Shown here in pieces: positions 47,958 to 58,400 of a stretch of 64,000 nucleotides of DNA. The DNA is taken from the sequence record LT603033.1. One strand, 5' to 3'. The translations under genes and the position numbers were made by a program. How positions within the stretch are numbered: the first letter of the stretch is position 1; every line of letters starts with the position of its first letter. The notes beneath the pieces are model-generated. The model made no database searches, was not told where the DNA came from, and worked only from the letters and a program-made list of their open reading frames with translations.

Positions 47958-48566
47958 ATGAAATTAGAAACAGAACAACCAAAACTATTTGTTAAAGGTC
48001 ATGTCCTAATTACTGACGTTACTGATCCATCAAATCAAAAAATCGTTTTAGATAAATCTAACGCTATTCACCCTGAAAATATGAGTACTGCCATTGCTAA
48101 TGCGTTAGCATATAATCAAGACAGTACTGGTATTCCTATTGGTTCTATTAGCGAGATGCGTTTTGGTAATGGTGGTACAGTAGTTTTAAGTACTGGTCGT
48201 GTTACTTATAAAAAACCACGTGTTACATCATTTGGTGGTTTGTATTCACAAACATATTTGAAAAAAATCAACCCACGAATTACGGCAGGTATTGATTCAC
48301 AATACAATAATATTACAACTGTACATATACCAGGACAGTCCTATACTGATATTGTATGTATTTGTACTCTAGGGTTAGGTGAACCATCCGACCAAGGTGT
48401 AAGCTCAGGGACAAGCATGGATGGAACTTATGTGTTTGATGAATTGGGATTATACACGGATGGCGATAGTGGTATTCCTTTAACCCATATCATTTTTCAC
48501 CCAGTTGAGAAAAGTGCAAACCGTGTCTTACAAATTAAATACACAGTTCGTGTACAATTACAATAA
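47958..48566 (+). CDS. Probable baseplate/tail structural protein
   Basis: GHVLITD...N-terminal strand, FDELGLY, THIIFHPVEKSANR..IKYTVRVQ, typical of myovirus fibre-attachment proteins. Confidence 0.65.
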   Translation: MKLETEQPKLFVKGHVLITDVTDPSNQKIVLDKSNAIHPENMSTAIANALAYNQDSTGIPIGSISEMRFGNGGTVVLSTGRVTYKKPRVTSFGGLYSQTYLKKINPRITAGIDSQYNNITTVHIPGQSYTDIVCICTLGLGEPSDQGVSSGTSMDGTYVFDELGLYTDGDSGIPLTHIIFHPVEKSANRVLQIKYTVRVQLQ

Positions 48567-48578
48567 TGGGGACATATA

Positions 48579-49679
48579 ATGAGTGTTAATTATACAATTT
48601 ATAGAAGTAATGGTAGTGTTTATGCTACCATTCCAAATAATGTTATTTTAGGACCAAACCAGCCCGGAAGTAACCCAGTTCCGTTAAATTTAGTTGGTAG
48701 AAATAAAGTAAGTTACGGTCAAGCATGGAATGAAAACTTTTTACATTTAGTTGAAAATTTCAGTTCAGCATCTGCACCACGTGGCAACGTCAATGGTCAA
48801 CTTTGGTATAGAAACACTGGTAGTACTGGTGAGTTATTGATATCATTAGTTGATAATGCTAGACAACCTGCTGATATGGTAAGTGAAGCTGAGTGGGCGT
48901 CTATCCCTATGATTACTGTTTTTAACACAGTGCCTGATGGTGAAAATAGTGTTATGGGTCGTATGGTATTAACTAGTAACGGTGATTCTCTTCGTGTGTT
49001 AATGAAAAACAAAGAATGGCGTGAAATTCAAACATCTAGACCAGAAAACAAAGAGTATTCATCATTATTAGATATTAACTATGATAATGGTAAAAAATAT
49101 ATAGAGTTCACACAAAGTAATAGTACTAAACCAATTGCGTATTTTAACTTAGGTGGTACTTCACAAGTAGATACAAATAACTGGACAACATTAACTAATG
49201 GTACTGGTGTCTTTGAATTTGGTAGCAACTATTTCTATGAATTAAAAATTATGATTAGAGAAGTAAATGATTCTTCTGGTGAGATAGTTTCTCTTCCATA
49301 CAATTCAAAAACCTTTTTTATAAAAGGGCAATTTTATGTAGATAATCAAGGAACTTTTGTTCCTGGTTCGGTGGGGGCAAGTCAAATGCCAGACCCACGT
49401 AGGATTACACAATTAGAATCCATAAAAGATGTTATTACCAGTAGTCGCCCAAACTGGGACGTAAATATTGTTATTAATGGTGTAGATCCATCTATCCCAA
49501 ATCCTAATGGAACATCTAAAGCTGATTATGAAAATTGGGTTATCAATTCTCTAAACTCAAATAAAAATTTAGGTTTTCGAGTTGATGGTAGCATTAGTAA
49601 TCTAACTGCTGGTGAATCCGTTAAACTACAAGCATCCGTGTTGTTAAATATTACAGGTATTCCGATTATTGGAGTATAA
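48579..49679 (+). CDS. Probable baseplate/fibre structural protein
   Basis: LNLVGRNKVSYGQAWNENFLHLVENF...P..NVNGQLWY motif. Confidence 0.65.
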   Translation: MSVNYTIYRSNGSVYATIPNNVILGPNQPGSNPVPLNLVGRNKVSYGQAWNENFLHLVENFSSASAPRGNVNGQLWYRNTGSTGELLISLVDNARQPADMVSEAEWASIPMITVFNTVPDGENSVMGRMVLTSNGDSLRVLMKNKEWREIQTSRPENKEYSSLLDINYDNGKKYIEFTQSNSTKPIAYFNLGGTSQVDTNNWTTLTNGTGVFEFGSNYFYELKIMIREVNDSSGEIVSLPYNSKTFFIKGQFYVDNQGTFVPGSVGASQMPDPRRITQLESIKDVITSSRPNWDVNIVINGVDPSIPNPNGTSKADYENWVINSLNSNKNLGFRVDGSISNLTAGESVKLQASVLLNITGIPIIGV

Positions 49680-49705
49680 AAAAAGGAGCCACACGGCTCC
49701 TTTTT
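49679..49705. terminator. Bidirectional terminator
   Basis: AAAAAAGGAGCC-ACAC-GGCTCCTTTTT. Confidence 0.9.
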
Positions 49706-49708
49706 GTT

Positions 49709-50173
49709 TTAATATCTATATGGTAAACTGTTGACAAACTGTGTACCTTCACGTATACTTTCCCATAGTGAGTAAAAATCTTTCATTAAGTTTGTGTTAA
49801 GTAAAGTATTTTTAGCACCAGGGTGTAATGGTTTAGGCCAAGAACCAATTCTAACCCAAGCATAACCAGAGCTTTCATGATTTAAAGTTGGTACAAATTC
49901 ATTCTCAACTACAATAACAAATGAATAATATTTAAATTTACCATTTTTTGTACAAAATACATCAAACGGTATAATATCAATAATGTTAGGTATTGAGTTG
50001 CCCAACTCTTCTTTAATTTCTCTCATCAGACCTTGTAGTGGTGTTTCGTTATGTTCAAGCTTTCCACCAACAAATGCCCAGTTGTTAGAATAGGTACTTC
50101 TTTCAGAACGCAAGTTTAACATCATATGTCCAGTACTTTTTGATAAAAATATAGCACCAACCGCTTCATTCAT
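49709..50173 (-). CDS. Nudix hydrolase
   Basis: WAFVGGKLEHNETPLQGLMREIKEELG Nudix box. Confidence 0.9.
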   Translation of the reverse strand: MNEAVGAIFLSKSTGHMMLNLRSERSTYSNNWAFVGGKLEHNETPLQGLMREIKEELGNSIPNIIDIIPFDVFCTKNGKFKYYSFVIVVENEFVPTLNHESSGYAWVRIGSWPKPLHPGAKNTLLNTNLMKDFYSLWESIREGTQFVNSLPYRY

Positions 50174-50186
50174 AACAACACCTCCT

Positions 50187-51530
50187 TTATTTGTCAGTGA
50201 AAGTTATTTTCCAATATCCCTGACGATACACAGGCATGATACTTTTATGCCATTTAAATTTGTCATTATATCTATAATAACCATTGTCTTCTTTATTATA
50301 AATGTAATTTCGTACAGTAGATGGATCAATTAATTGTGCACCATCATTTGTAATTTTAAACAAATAATTTGATGGGATTTCGGTTTCTTTATAAATGATG
50401 TTATGTATACTGTTATTTACATAATATTGTTCAGGTAATGCACTTGAAAGTACTGAATCTTTCTGCACAAACCCATGTATAGTGTAATCAACAGTATAAT
50501 TGGTATTATCAAGCTGTACTATAATTTTGTTGGCATCTTCATTTTCACCATACGACGCTATATGACCTTTTAGTGGGTTGTCTTCTTCAATAGATTGTTG
50601 AAATTTAATCCCTACTTTTTTGTCATCAAAATTTGGTTCTAGATATTTAAGATATTTTTCCCATGAATATATTCCACCGTTGGGAGAAACCGCAGATAGC
50701 GATTGGCTAACCAAGGTAAGTTGGTATGTATCAGGTAAATTATACTTGGAATTAGTAATTTCTTCAACTTTAATGCATAAATTCTTGGGTGTAAAAACAT
50801 CTGTTATTATATCTGAATAATTTCCCATTTCAAAATCAAATTCGTCACGAGCACCTTTAATATTTGTAGTAATCTGTTGGATTAATTTTGGTTTTTCAAC
50901 AATAGCTGGTAAAGAAAACCATATTGTCGTTTCAAATGTTAAAACCATTATATCCAAATCTGGGTCAGTTCCTTGTGGAAAACCACGAGTAGAAAACTGA
51001 CAATCTATTAGTTCAACATCACTAAGCGATGTCCAATCTAACGGGTTATCAGATAATTGAAGTTGTATACTAGGTGCAAACAAAGTTGAGATTTGTTCGA
51101 ATAATTCCATTTTAGTTTGAGTTTGAGTTACCCAAATATTCAAATCAAACGTAAAAGTCCAAGGTACTGGGTTATGTCTTACAATTTTGTATTGTGTGTC
51201 AAGATCTTTTGTGTACTCATTAATAGCAGGGGACTTGTTAGACCCCATTACTATAGTTTCGTTGGCATTAGAACGAATATTTTTACGATCCAACTTTAGT
51301 TGATTAACACTTATGGTCATTATAGGTGCTGATGGGAGAACATTTTCACTATTCCCATTTATAATTGCTGCTGCCATTCTTGAAATATCGGCATAGCGAC
51401 ATGGAACCTTTTTGTATTTTGGGTTTCCATTAGCATCAATACCATTTTGTACTTGAAATTCACCAAAAACTCTGATAAGATGTTTCAGTACTCTGCGAAA
51501 TTGACCGTCATAATAATAATCTATTTTCAT
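50187..51530 (-). CDS. gp15: Tail sheath terminator (T4 gp15-like) with C-terminal extension
   Basis: YYYDGQFRR.L....RVF, PVPWTFTFDLNIW.......ELFEQI..LF.P. Confidence 0.75.
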   Translation of the reverse strand: MKIDYYYDGQFRRVLKHLIRVFGEFQVQNGIDANGNPKYKKVPCRYADISRMAAAIINGNSENVLPSAPIMTISVNQLKLDRKNIRSNANETIVMGSNKSPAINEYTKDLDTQYKIVRHNPVPWTFTFDLNIWVTQTQTKMELFEQISTLFAPSIQLQLSDNPLDWTSLSDVELIDCQFSTRGFPQGTDPDLDIMVLTFETTIWFSLPAIVEKPKLIQQITTNIKGARDEFDFEMGNYSDIITDVFTPKNLCIKVEEITNSKYNLPDTYQLTLVSQSLSAVSPNGGIYSWEKYLKYLEPNFDDKKVGIKFQQSIEEDNPLKGHIASYGENEDANKIIVQLDNTNYTVDYTIHGFVQKDSVLSSALPEQYYVNNSIHNIIYKETEIPSNYLFKITNDGAQLIDPSTVRNYIYNKEDNGYYRYNDKFKWHKSIMPVYRQGYWKITFTDK

Positions 51531-53020
51531 TCTGTGTCCTTATGTATGCGATAAACAGTATTAGGTTTAACTGCGTCATGTAATGGAACTTTGTTATCAC
51601 TATTTACAAACTGTGTAAGTGCTAAGTCTGCACCTTCCCACGGTTTTCTTCCACCATAATCAAAAATAACCCATGAATTCTTAGTTGCATTGAATTCCCA
51701 TAACGTAACTGGAGTATAATCGGTGCGATAGAAATAGTCACCATCTACTGCATCAGTTGGGAACATATTTCCTTCAGGGACTGTACCTCGTGCTGGTGGA
51801 ATTTTAGGACGATAATCTTGTTGCGAATCAATATTACCATATACACAATTGGACGTGAATGGTTCATTGACATAAGTTACCTTTGGTTCCCCCCACTTGT
51901 CATCATTATACTGATAAATGTGTGGTTCTTTATAAAAAATACAAAAATCTTCCACATCTTCTGGTGGAACATCACTGGTAGTATATTCTACATCACAATT
52001 TAACCATTTTTTAGCACTTTTATCATATTGATACAACGTATAACCTGTCACATCTGCGTCATTTTCTTTAAAGAAGAAGTCACCATCCATTGGTTTTCTG
52101 GGAAAGATGGTTCCACGCTTGACTTCCACAGAAATCCATGTATCATTAACAAACTCTTTGAGTACTGGGTATGTTTTTTTCAAAAAATACATTCCATCGG
52201 CAGGTTCTTCTGGAAAATCATAACCGTTAAGCATATATTTTGATAAATCTACTGTATCAGGTCGATCATCATACAAATGTTCATTTGTATAATGAATATA
52301 GGGTACTTCATCATCAGCTTGCATGATGATACGGTTCATGATATCCATTTCATTGCCATAGTTACTGTTTTCCGACGAACCATCATCGGTATTTCCATTA
52401 CCATTATTAGGGTCATCTGGATTATCAGGATAATTATTGTTACCGAGTAAATCGGAGTACTCAGGTGAGTCGGTTAGCGGTTTAACTCTAAGTTTATAAA
52501 TGTGATGTTGCCACGTAACCGAGTATCCCTCAGATGTACGAAATGCATCTTGGACGACATAGAAGCGGTTTAGACCTGTATCTTTACCCAATACATCAAA
52601 ATCACGTAAATTTGGTAGTTCTATCACATCCCCTGGCATGATTTTTCTACCTAAACGCTGCATCATTGTATTATAATGGATTGTGATGTCCATAGTGTTG
52701 AAATTAAAGAACAATCCTGGGATTTTCAAGTCTGGAGTTGCTTCTTGAACTTGATAGACACAACTAAGTGTGATAGCTTCAAGGTTGTAGTTTCTGTTTG
52801 GTGTGTCACCAAAAATTAAATCGCCAATACTTGACACAACTGATCCTGAAGATGTATAATCACCTCCATAGGATAAGTCAGTGTTGTCAGCAACTTGTTT
52901 TGGACCGACATATGCATAAAGCCACATGTCAACTCCACCAATGTTGTATTGTTCAGCAATGGCAGAATCAATGAACTTGTAATCATTGGTTCTACCTTTT
53001 TTCCACATTCTATATGTCAT
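51527..53020 (-). CDS. gp14: Neck protein (T4 gp14-like) with repeated C-terminal modules
   Basis: GGVDMWLY, DL.IPGLF, LGRKIMPGDVIELPNL; adjacent to gp15-like; RBS GGAGA before ATG 53020. Confidence 0.65.
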   Translation of the reverse strand: MTYRMWKKGRTNDYKFIDSAIAEQYNIGGVDMWLYAYVGPKQVADNTDLSYGGDYTSSGSVVSSIGDLIFGDTPNRNYNLEAITLSCVYQVQEATPDLKIPGLFFNFNTMDITIHYNTMMQRLGRKIMPGDVIELPNLRDFDVLGKDTGLNRFYVVQDAFRTSEGYSVTWQHHIYKLRVKPLTDSPEYSDLLGNNNYPDNPDDPNNGNGNTDDGSSENSNYGNEMDIMNRIIMQADDEVPYIHYTNEHLYDDRPDTVDLSKYMLNGYDFPEEPADGMYFLKKTYPVLKEFVNDTWISVEVKRGTIFPRKPMDGDFFFKENDADVTGYTLYQYDKSAKKWLNCDVEYTTSDVPPEDVEDFCIFYKEPHIYQYNDDKWGEPKVTYVNEPFTSNCVYGNIDSQQDYRPKIPPARGTVPEGNMFPTDAVDGDYFYRTDYTPVTLWEFNATKNSWVIFDYGGRKPWEGADLALTQFVNSDNKVPLHDAVKPNTVYRIHKDTE

Positions 53021-53062
53021 GATTGTCTCCAAAATAAATCGGGTATATCTTTATTTACCTTG

Positions 53063-53090
53063 TAGACAAACCGTAAGAATGTGATATAAT
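53063..53090 (+). promoter_or_regulatory. Promoter TAGACA-N16-TATAAT
   Basis: TAGACA 53063-53068, TGTGATATAAT 53080-53090. Confidence 0.8.
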
Positions 53091-53130
53091 GTTTATTAAT
53101 TAGAGTGACGTGAATCACATAGGAGAATAC

Positions 53131-55419
53131 ATGAATCTTACTCAATTGTTCAAAAAAAGCGACGAACTGGCAACATCTCTAGGTCATACATTCTTGACTA
53201 TTGACCACGTAAGTGCCACAGTACTGACTATTGATAGCATCAAGAACGTATTTGAAGATATGAACATTGATGCAGACAAACTGCACAACCGCCTGATGAA
53301 CTATCTTAAAAATACAACAGTTCCACATGCACCAAAAAGTGTTAAAGATGAAGACGCGAATCGAACTTCACTTCTAGTGAATCGCGTTGTACATGAGCTT
53401 TCTAAAAAATCAGTTATTGAACAACTAAAAAGTGATGATTTTTCGATTGATGCATATTTTGTTCTATTCGAATGTCTGTCTTTCCCTAACACAGCACTAG
53501 AAGCTGCGTTAAAAGAAGAAGGTGTTAGCTGTACTGAAGCTGCACGTGCATTACAGAAACACGTTGAGTCACTTGATAAGGGTATCAACTTACAAAGTAT
53601 TAATGACGAACCGATTGGAGATAAAAAAGTGGCCCAACAGCAGCAATCATCTAAACAAAAAGGTTTGGAAGACTATACAACGAATCTAACTGCTCTTGCA
53701 AAAGAAGGCAAACTAGATCCTATGATTGGTCGCCAGAAAGAATTGTCTGCATTGATTGAGACTCTTGCTCGCAAAACCAAAAAGAATGCTATTCTCACTG
53801 GTGAAGCTGGTGTAGGTAAAACACAAATCATCGACGGGCTTGCACAAGCTATTGCTGATGGTAACGTACCTGAACACCTAAAAGACGTTGAAATTCTTTC
53901 ACTAAATGTTGGTGCATTGACTGCTGGTACTAAGTATCGTGGTGAATTTGAAGAACGCATCGACAATTTGCTAAAAGAACTAAAGAAACGTGAAAATACT
54001 ATTGTTTTCATTGATGAAATTCATATTATGGTTGGGGCTGGTTCCGCAAGTAATGGTTCTATGGACATGAGCAATATGCTTAAGCCAGCACTTTCACGTG
54101 GTGAGATTCGTGTAATTGGTGCAACAACATATGATGAATATCGTAAAAATATCGAGAAAGATAGTGCATTAACTCGTCGTTTTATGAAAATTGACGTAGT
54201 TGAGCCGACAATTGATGAAACTCGTGCAATTGTTAATGGTTTGAAACCAACGTATGAAAAATTCCATAATGTTGAGTTCACATCTGATGCAATGGATGCT
54301 GTAATTTCTCTCAGTGATAAATTCCTGAAGAATAAGCACTTCCCAGATAAAGCAATTGATCTAATGGATGCTGCTGCGGCTAAAGTTCGTTCACGTGACA
54401 ACAATAGTAAGCTTATTACTGCCAATTTGATTCAAGAAGTTGTTGCTGGTATTGCCAATTTGGATATCAACGTGGTTGCATGTACTGAAAGTGATCGTAT
54501 GCGTAATCTACCAGATGCACTACGCTCACGTGTATACGGTCAAGAGGAAGCTATTCAAAAATTAGTTGATAACGTGATGGTAGCTCGTGCAGGACTGCGT
54601 GACAAATCTAGTGTTCAGGGTGCATTTATGTTTGTTGGACCATCTGGTACTGGTAAAACAGAAATTACCAAAGCATTAGCAGACGCAACTGGTGCGGAAC
54701 TCATTCGCTTTGATATGTCAGAATTTTCTCAAGAACATACTGTTTCTAAACTAATTGGTTCACCTCCAGGTTATGTTGGTCATGATTCTGGTAACGGTTT
54801 ACTGTTGGATAAAATTGAGCAGTTCCCTAATGCAGTACTGTTACTTGATGAAATTGAAAAAGCAGATCGTAAAGTACTACTAACCTTCCTACAGGTTTTG
54901 GATGAAGGTCGTCTGACTGGTTCTCAAGGTAAAACTGTATATTTTAATAACGTAACTGTTATTATGACTACAAACCTTGGTGCGGCTGATTCAACAAAGC
55001 GTAGCATTGGTATGAGCGGTAGTGACACTGCACAGGACAAGGCAATTAAAGCATTCTTGCCACCAGAGTTTATTAACCGTATTGATAGTATCGTTACGTT
55101 TAAAGACCTAAGCAGTGAAGCTATTGACAGCATCATTGATAAGTTCATGGGTGGTTTGAATGAACAAGTCAAAGACCGTAATGTTAAAGTTACATTGACA
55201 AAAGCTGCACGTGAATGGCTTGCGAAAAATGGGGTAAAAGTTGGTATGGGTGCACGTCCAATGAAACGTACCATTGAACAAAACATTCGTGTACCACTAG
55301 CTAAAGAAATGTTGTGTGGTTCACTTGTGAATGGTGGTAACATTACATTTGATGTTATTGATGGTAAAATCGGTATTAAGCCGAAACGTACCAAAGCTGT
55401 AGATAAAGCACTAGTATAA
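53131..55419 (+). CDS. clpA: ClpA-type Hsp100 AAA+ unfoldase
   Basis: Clp N-domain, Walker A GEAGVGKT and GPSGTGKT, pore loops [11 protein letters not shown] and GSPPGYVG, no ClpB middle domain, SIGM loop; RBS AGGAG. Confidence 0.92.
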   Translation: MNLTQLFKKSDELATSLGHTFLTIDHVSATVLTIDSIKNVFEDMNIDADKLHNRLMNYLKNTTVPHAPKSVKDEDANRTSLLVNRVVHELSKKSVIEQLKSDDFSIDAYFVLFECLSFPNTALEAALKEEGVSCTEAARALQKHVESLDKGINLQSINDEPIGDKKVAQQQQSSKQKGLEDYTTNLTALAKEGKLDPMIGRQKELSALIETLARKTKKNAILTGEAGVGKTQIIDGLAQAIADGNVPEHLKDVEILSLNVGALTAGTKYRGEFEERIDNLLKELKKRENTIVFIDEIHIMVGAGSASNGSMDMSNMLKPALSRGEIRVIGATTYDEYRKNIEKDSALTRRFMKIDVVEPTIDETRAIVNGLKPTYEKFHNVEFTSDAMDAVISLSDKFLKNKHFPDKAIDLMDAAAAKVRSRDNNSKLITANLIQEVVAGIANLDINVVACTESDRMRNLPDALRSRVYGQEEAIQKLVDNVMVARAGLRDKSSVQGAFMFVGPSGTGKTEITKALADATGAELIRFDMSEFSQEHTVSKLIGSPPGYVGHDSGNGLLLDKIEQFPNAVLLLDEIEKADRKVLLTFLQVLDEGRLTGSQGKTVYFNNVTVIMTTNLGAADSTKRSIGMSGSDTAQDKAIKAFLPPEFINRIDSIVTFKDLSSEAIDSIIDKFMGGLNEQVKDRNVKVTLTKAAREWLAKNGVKVGMGARPMKRTIEQNIRVPLAKEMLCGSLVNGGNITFDVIDGKIGIKPKRTKAVDKALV

Positions 55420-55425
55420 AAAAAG

Positions 55426-55454
55426 AAAAGGAGAGCATTATGCTCTCCTTTTTT
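55426..55454. terminator. Bidirectional terminator
   Basis: AAAAGGAGAGCA-TTA-TGCTCTCCTTTTTT. Confidence 0.9.
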
Positions 55455-55455
55455 A

Positions 55456-58400
55456 TTACTTAACTAATAATATATTTTTAATATCATTACCACTAACTTG
55501 TAGACTATCAGTGTATACTGAAAGATCTATAGTGTAACTATTTTGTGTGTAACGTTTTAACATATCATAATTACCTAAATTAATTCCATTGAAAGAATAT
55601 GTGGTATTAAGTTTAAAATCATGTTCTGCACTATACATTACACCACGGAGTAAATTATTTGCATTTCTAACTTCAACTTTTTCATATCCAATCGATATAA
55701 TATCATTCATGTTCGCGGCTGAACCGGATAAAACATTATTTCTAATACTATAAGGACTTATTGATTTAGGTTGAGAAACATAGGTTGTATTTTCTTCACT
55801 AATGGTTGTGATGTTAGTAACAGTACCACCAACAACACCGATATACATACCGTCAACCATTGGGAATCCATAAACCCATATCCCTTCATTATTTCTAAAC
55901 GGTTGAATAACACTTGAATCATATTCGATAACGTTGATTTCTAAACTATCAGTCATTTTAGTTCTTGCCAATTCACTAAGAACTCCCGCACCCGTAATTG
56001 GTAAGTTATAACCGTTATCGATAGTAATTCCATCAACATCAAATATTTCATTGGAGATTATCCAAACGTCAACGTCATCTGGTGTTATTCCGTCATTGTA
56101 CTTACCACCATTTAAAGTAGTATCGTAGAAAACATCATAATTAATTACATCAATGGTGTAATTTCTATTTTGTTCATACAATTTAATACCATTCTTGACA
56201 AATTCAGGGTCAGCAAATGTTCTAACACGAACAATGTTCAATGCTAGAGGCTGTACTGGCTCATTTTGTTGTGCAAGAGTGATGTTATCATAACGGAGAA
56301 CTGCACCAGTACTCTCATCAATCAATTCAATCGTTTCCTTACCTGTATTTCTTACAGTGAATAGGATCGGAGTTGTATTGTTTTTGATGTTAGATACACG
56401 CAAGATTGTTTCCCATGTGTGATTTTGATATCTCACAAAATCTTCACCATCAGGAGTGAAAATCATCACCTTATCACCATCAGATAGGTCATTGTCAACT
56501 ATTTCTGCTTCAGTTAAGCTATTAATAGATCTCACACGATAGAAATATTTTTCATCAAACTTCGATGTTGTTTTATTAATATCATTTTCAATCTTAGCAT
56601 ATGAAGGAATACTTACAATTGCTTCTGTATGTTTATATGGATTGATAATTGCCATACCTTCAGTTTGATATCTGCTGTTATCACGTAATTGTACAAGAGA
56701 TACATTGTCAAACCCATATCCATCAACTGTAAATCTAATTTGACCTACATCACGCCCAGAAGGGTTTATGTCAGATATATCCACAATATAAGGATCAACT
56801 TCATCATCTTTAACTTCCCATTTTATTGAAGAAGTTTGAGATTCCAATGCTAGGTTATCAAATGCATTCATATCATTGAAGTACTTAGCTTCAGTAATAC
56901 TATCAAGTATATATTGATAATCAGAATACATTGGATTATTTTGATCTAGTGGTAAATCATCAAGATTTATTTCAGCTAGTTCAACCATTTCACCATTTGT
57001 GATAAAATAATCTTCCATGAAATCATCAATACTTTGTTCATCAGGTATACTTTGATATACACCGTTAACATTTAAGTAAACATATTTTCGTGGAATCATT
57101 GTAATTGCATAGATATCAATTGGGGTCTTACTAAGAATCTCTTCAGCTTTTTCGTACTTATCAGTAGCGTCTTTGTCGAATAACCCTCTCATACCTGCTA
57201 ATACGTGAATAGCATCAGTATAGAAACGGGTATCACCACCTACTTCATCATAACGATAAACATATACACCATACTCAACTTCAAGTTTAACTTTTACTTC
57301 ATAGTCTGATGCGTCAGGATTTTTATCTTTAATTAATGAAATGTATTTTTGATACAATTCACTGCTTATTTCAAAATATCCATAGTTATAATCATTACTA
57401 GAAGAAAAGCCTAATGGAAGTCTAGTACTAGGATTGTCATTATAAGTAAGTCCACTAAATCCACATCCAACTTCATCGTGAATTTTCTCATCACTTATAT
57501 CTTTATAAAGTTTCAAACGGTTTGCCAATGTGTTATACTGAACATATTGTCTAAGGTCAGTAAACATATCGTTATGCGTTGATTCTTTATAAACACGTTC
57601 CAATGTAGCAGTGAATTCATCAGTTGCTTCTAAATCTTCCGCATGGTCTTTATACCACTGGTTAACGCCATATGCTGTTCCTAGTGTTACATCCAATTCT
57701 GGATAGTAGATTTGCATTTGATAAGCAATAAGAAGATCGAAAGTTTCTTCACTATATTCTGGGAAAGAATATATATAACGTTGTAATTCATAGTTACTAA
57801 CAGCATCCTTTTCATTGGATTGATATTTGTTATTAACACTTACTAATTCATTTATGCTTGCCAAATCTTCATTTGGTTTACACTGAATATTATCATAATG
57901 CATAATAATATCAATTTCTTGGAATCTTCTATTTGGTGTAACGAAATCACTTGGTAGTGAACCTACCTGTTCCCATTTTTGGGTAATTTCATTAAATTGA
58001 GCGTACTCATAATCCCAAATATCTTTTTCAGTTTTGATCCAAGAACCATCAACGAAAATATATCCATTAGGATCTAAATCATTACATAGACCTTTTATTA
58101 AATCATCATCAGATGTCTTTTGCTCTATTTGTGAACGAATTTTAGTTCTATAAGGTTTAACTTCTTCAAAATATTCAACAATTTGATTAATCAAATTATC
58201 GTTTGAATAGTTTTGAACTAATGATTGTTCCAAACCAACAATATAGATATATGATGTTTTAAATACCCAATCCACAACACTTTGTTCAACATGTACATAT
58301 TTGACCATATCAAAAACAATTTCGCTTTGATGTAAATCGAAAGAATTTTTGAGTAAAGCTAGTGCTTTACGAACGTTGATTTCACGATTGCTTAGTGAAC

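Noticed and set aside
53301-55394. Minus-strand ORFs inside clpA, and similar short antisense ORFs inside other genes
   Set aside because: Fully nested antisense to well-supported genes; no RBS or recognisable motifs.
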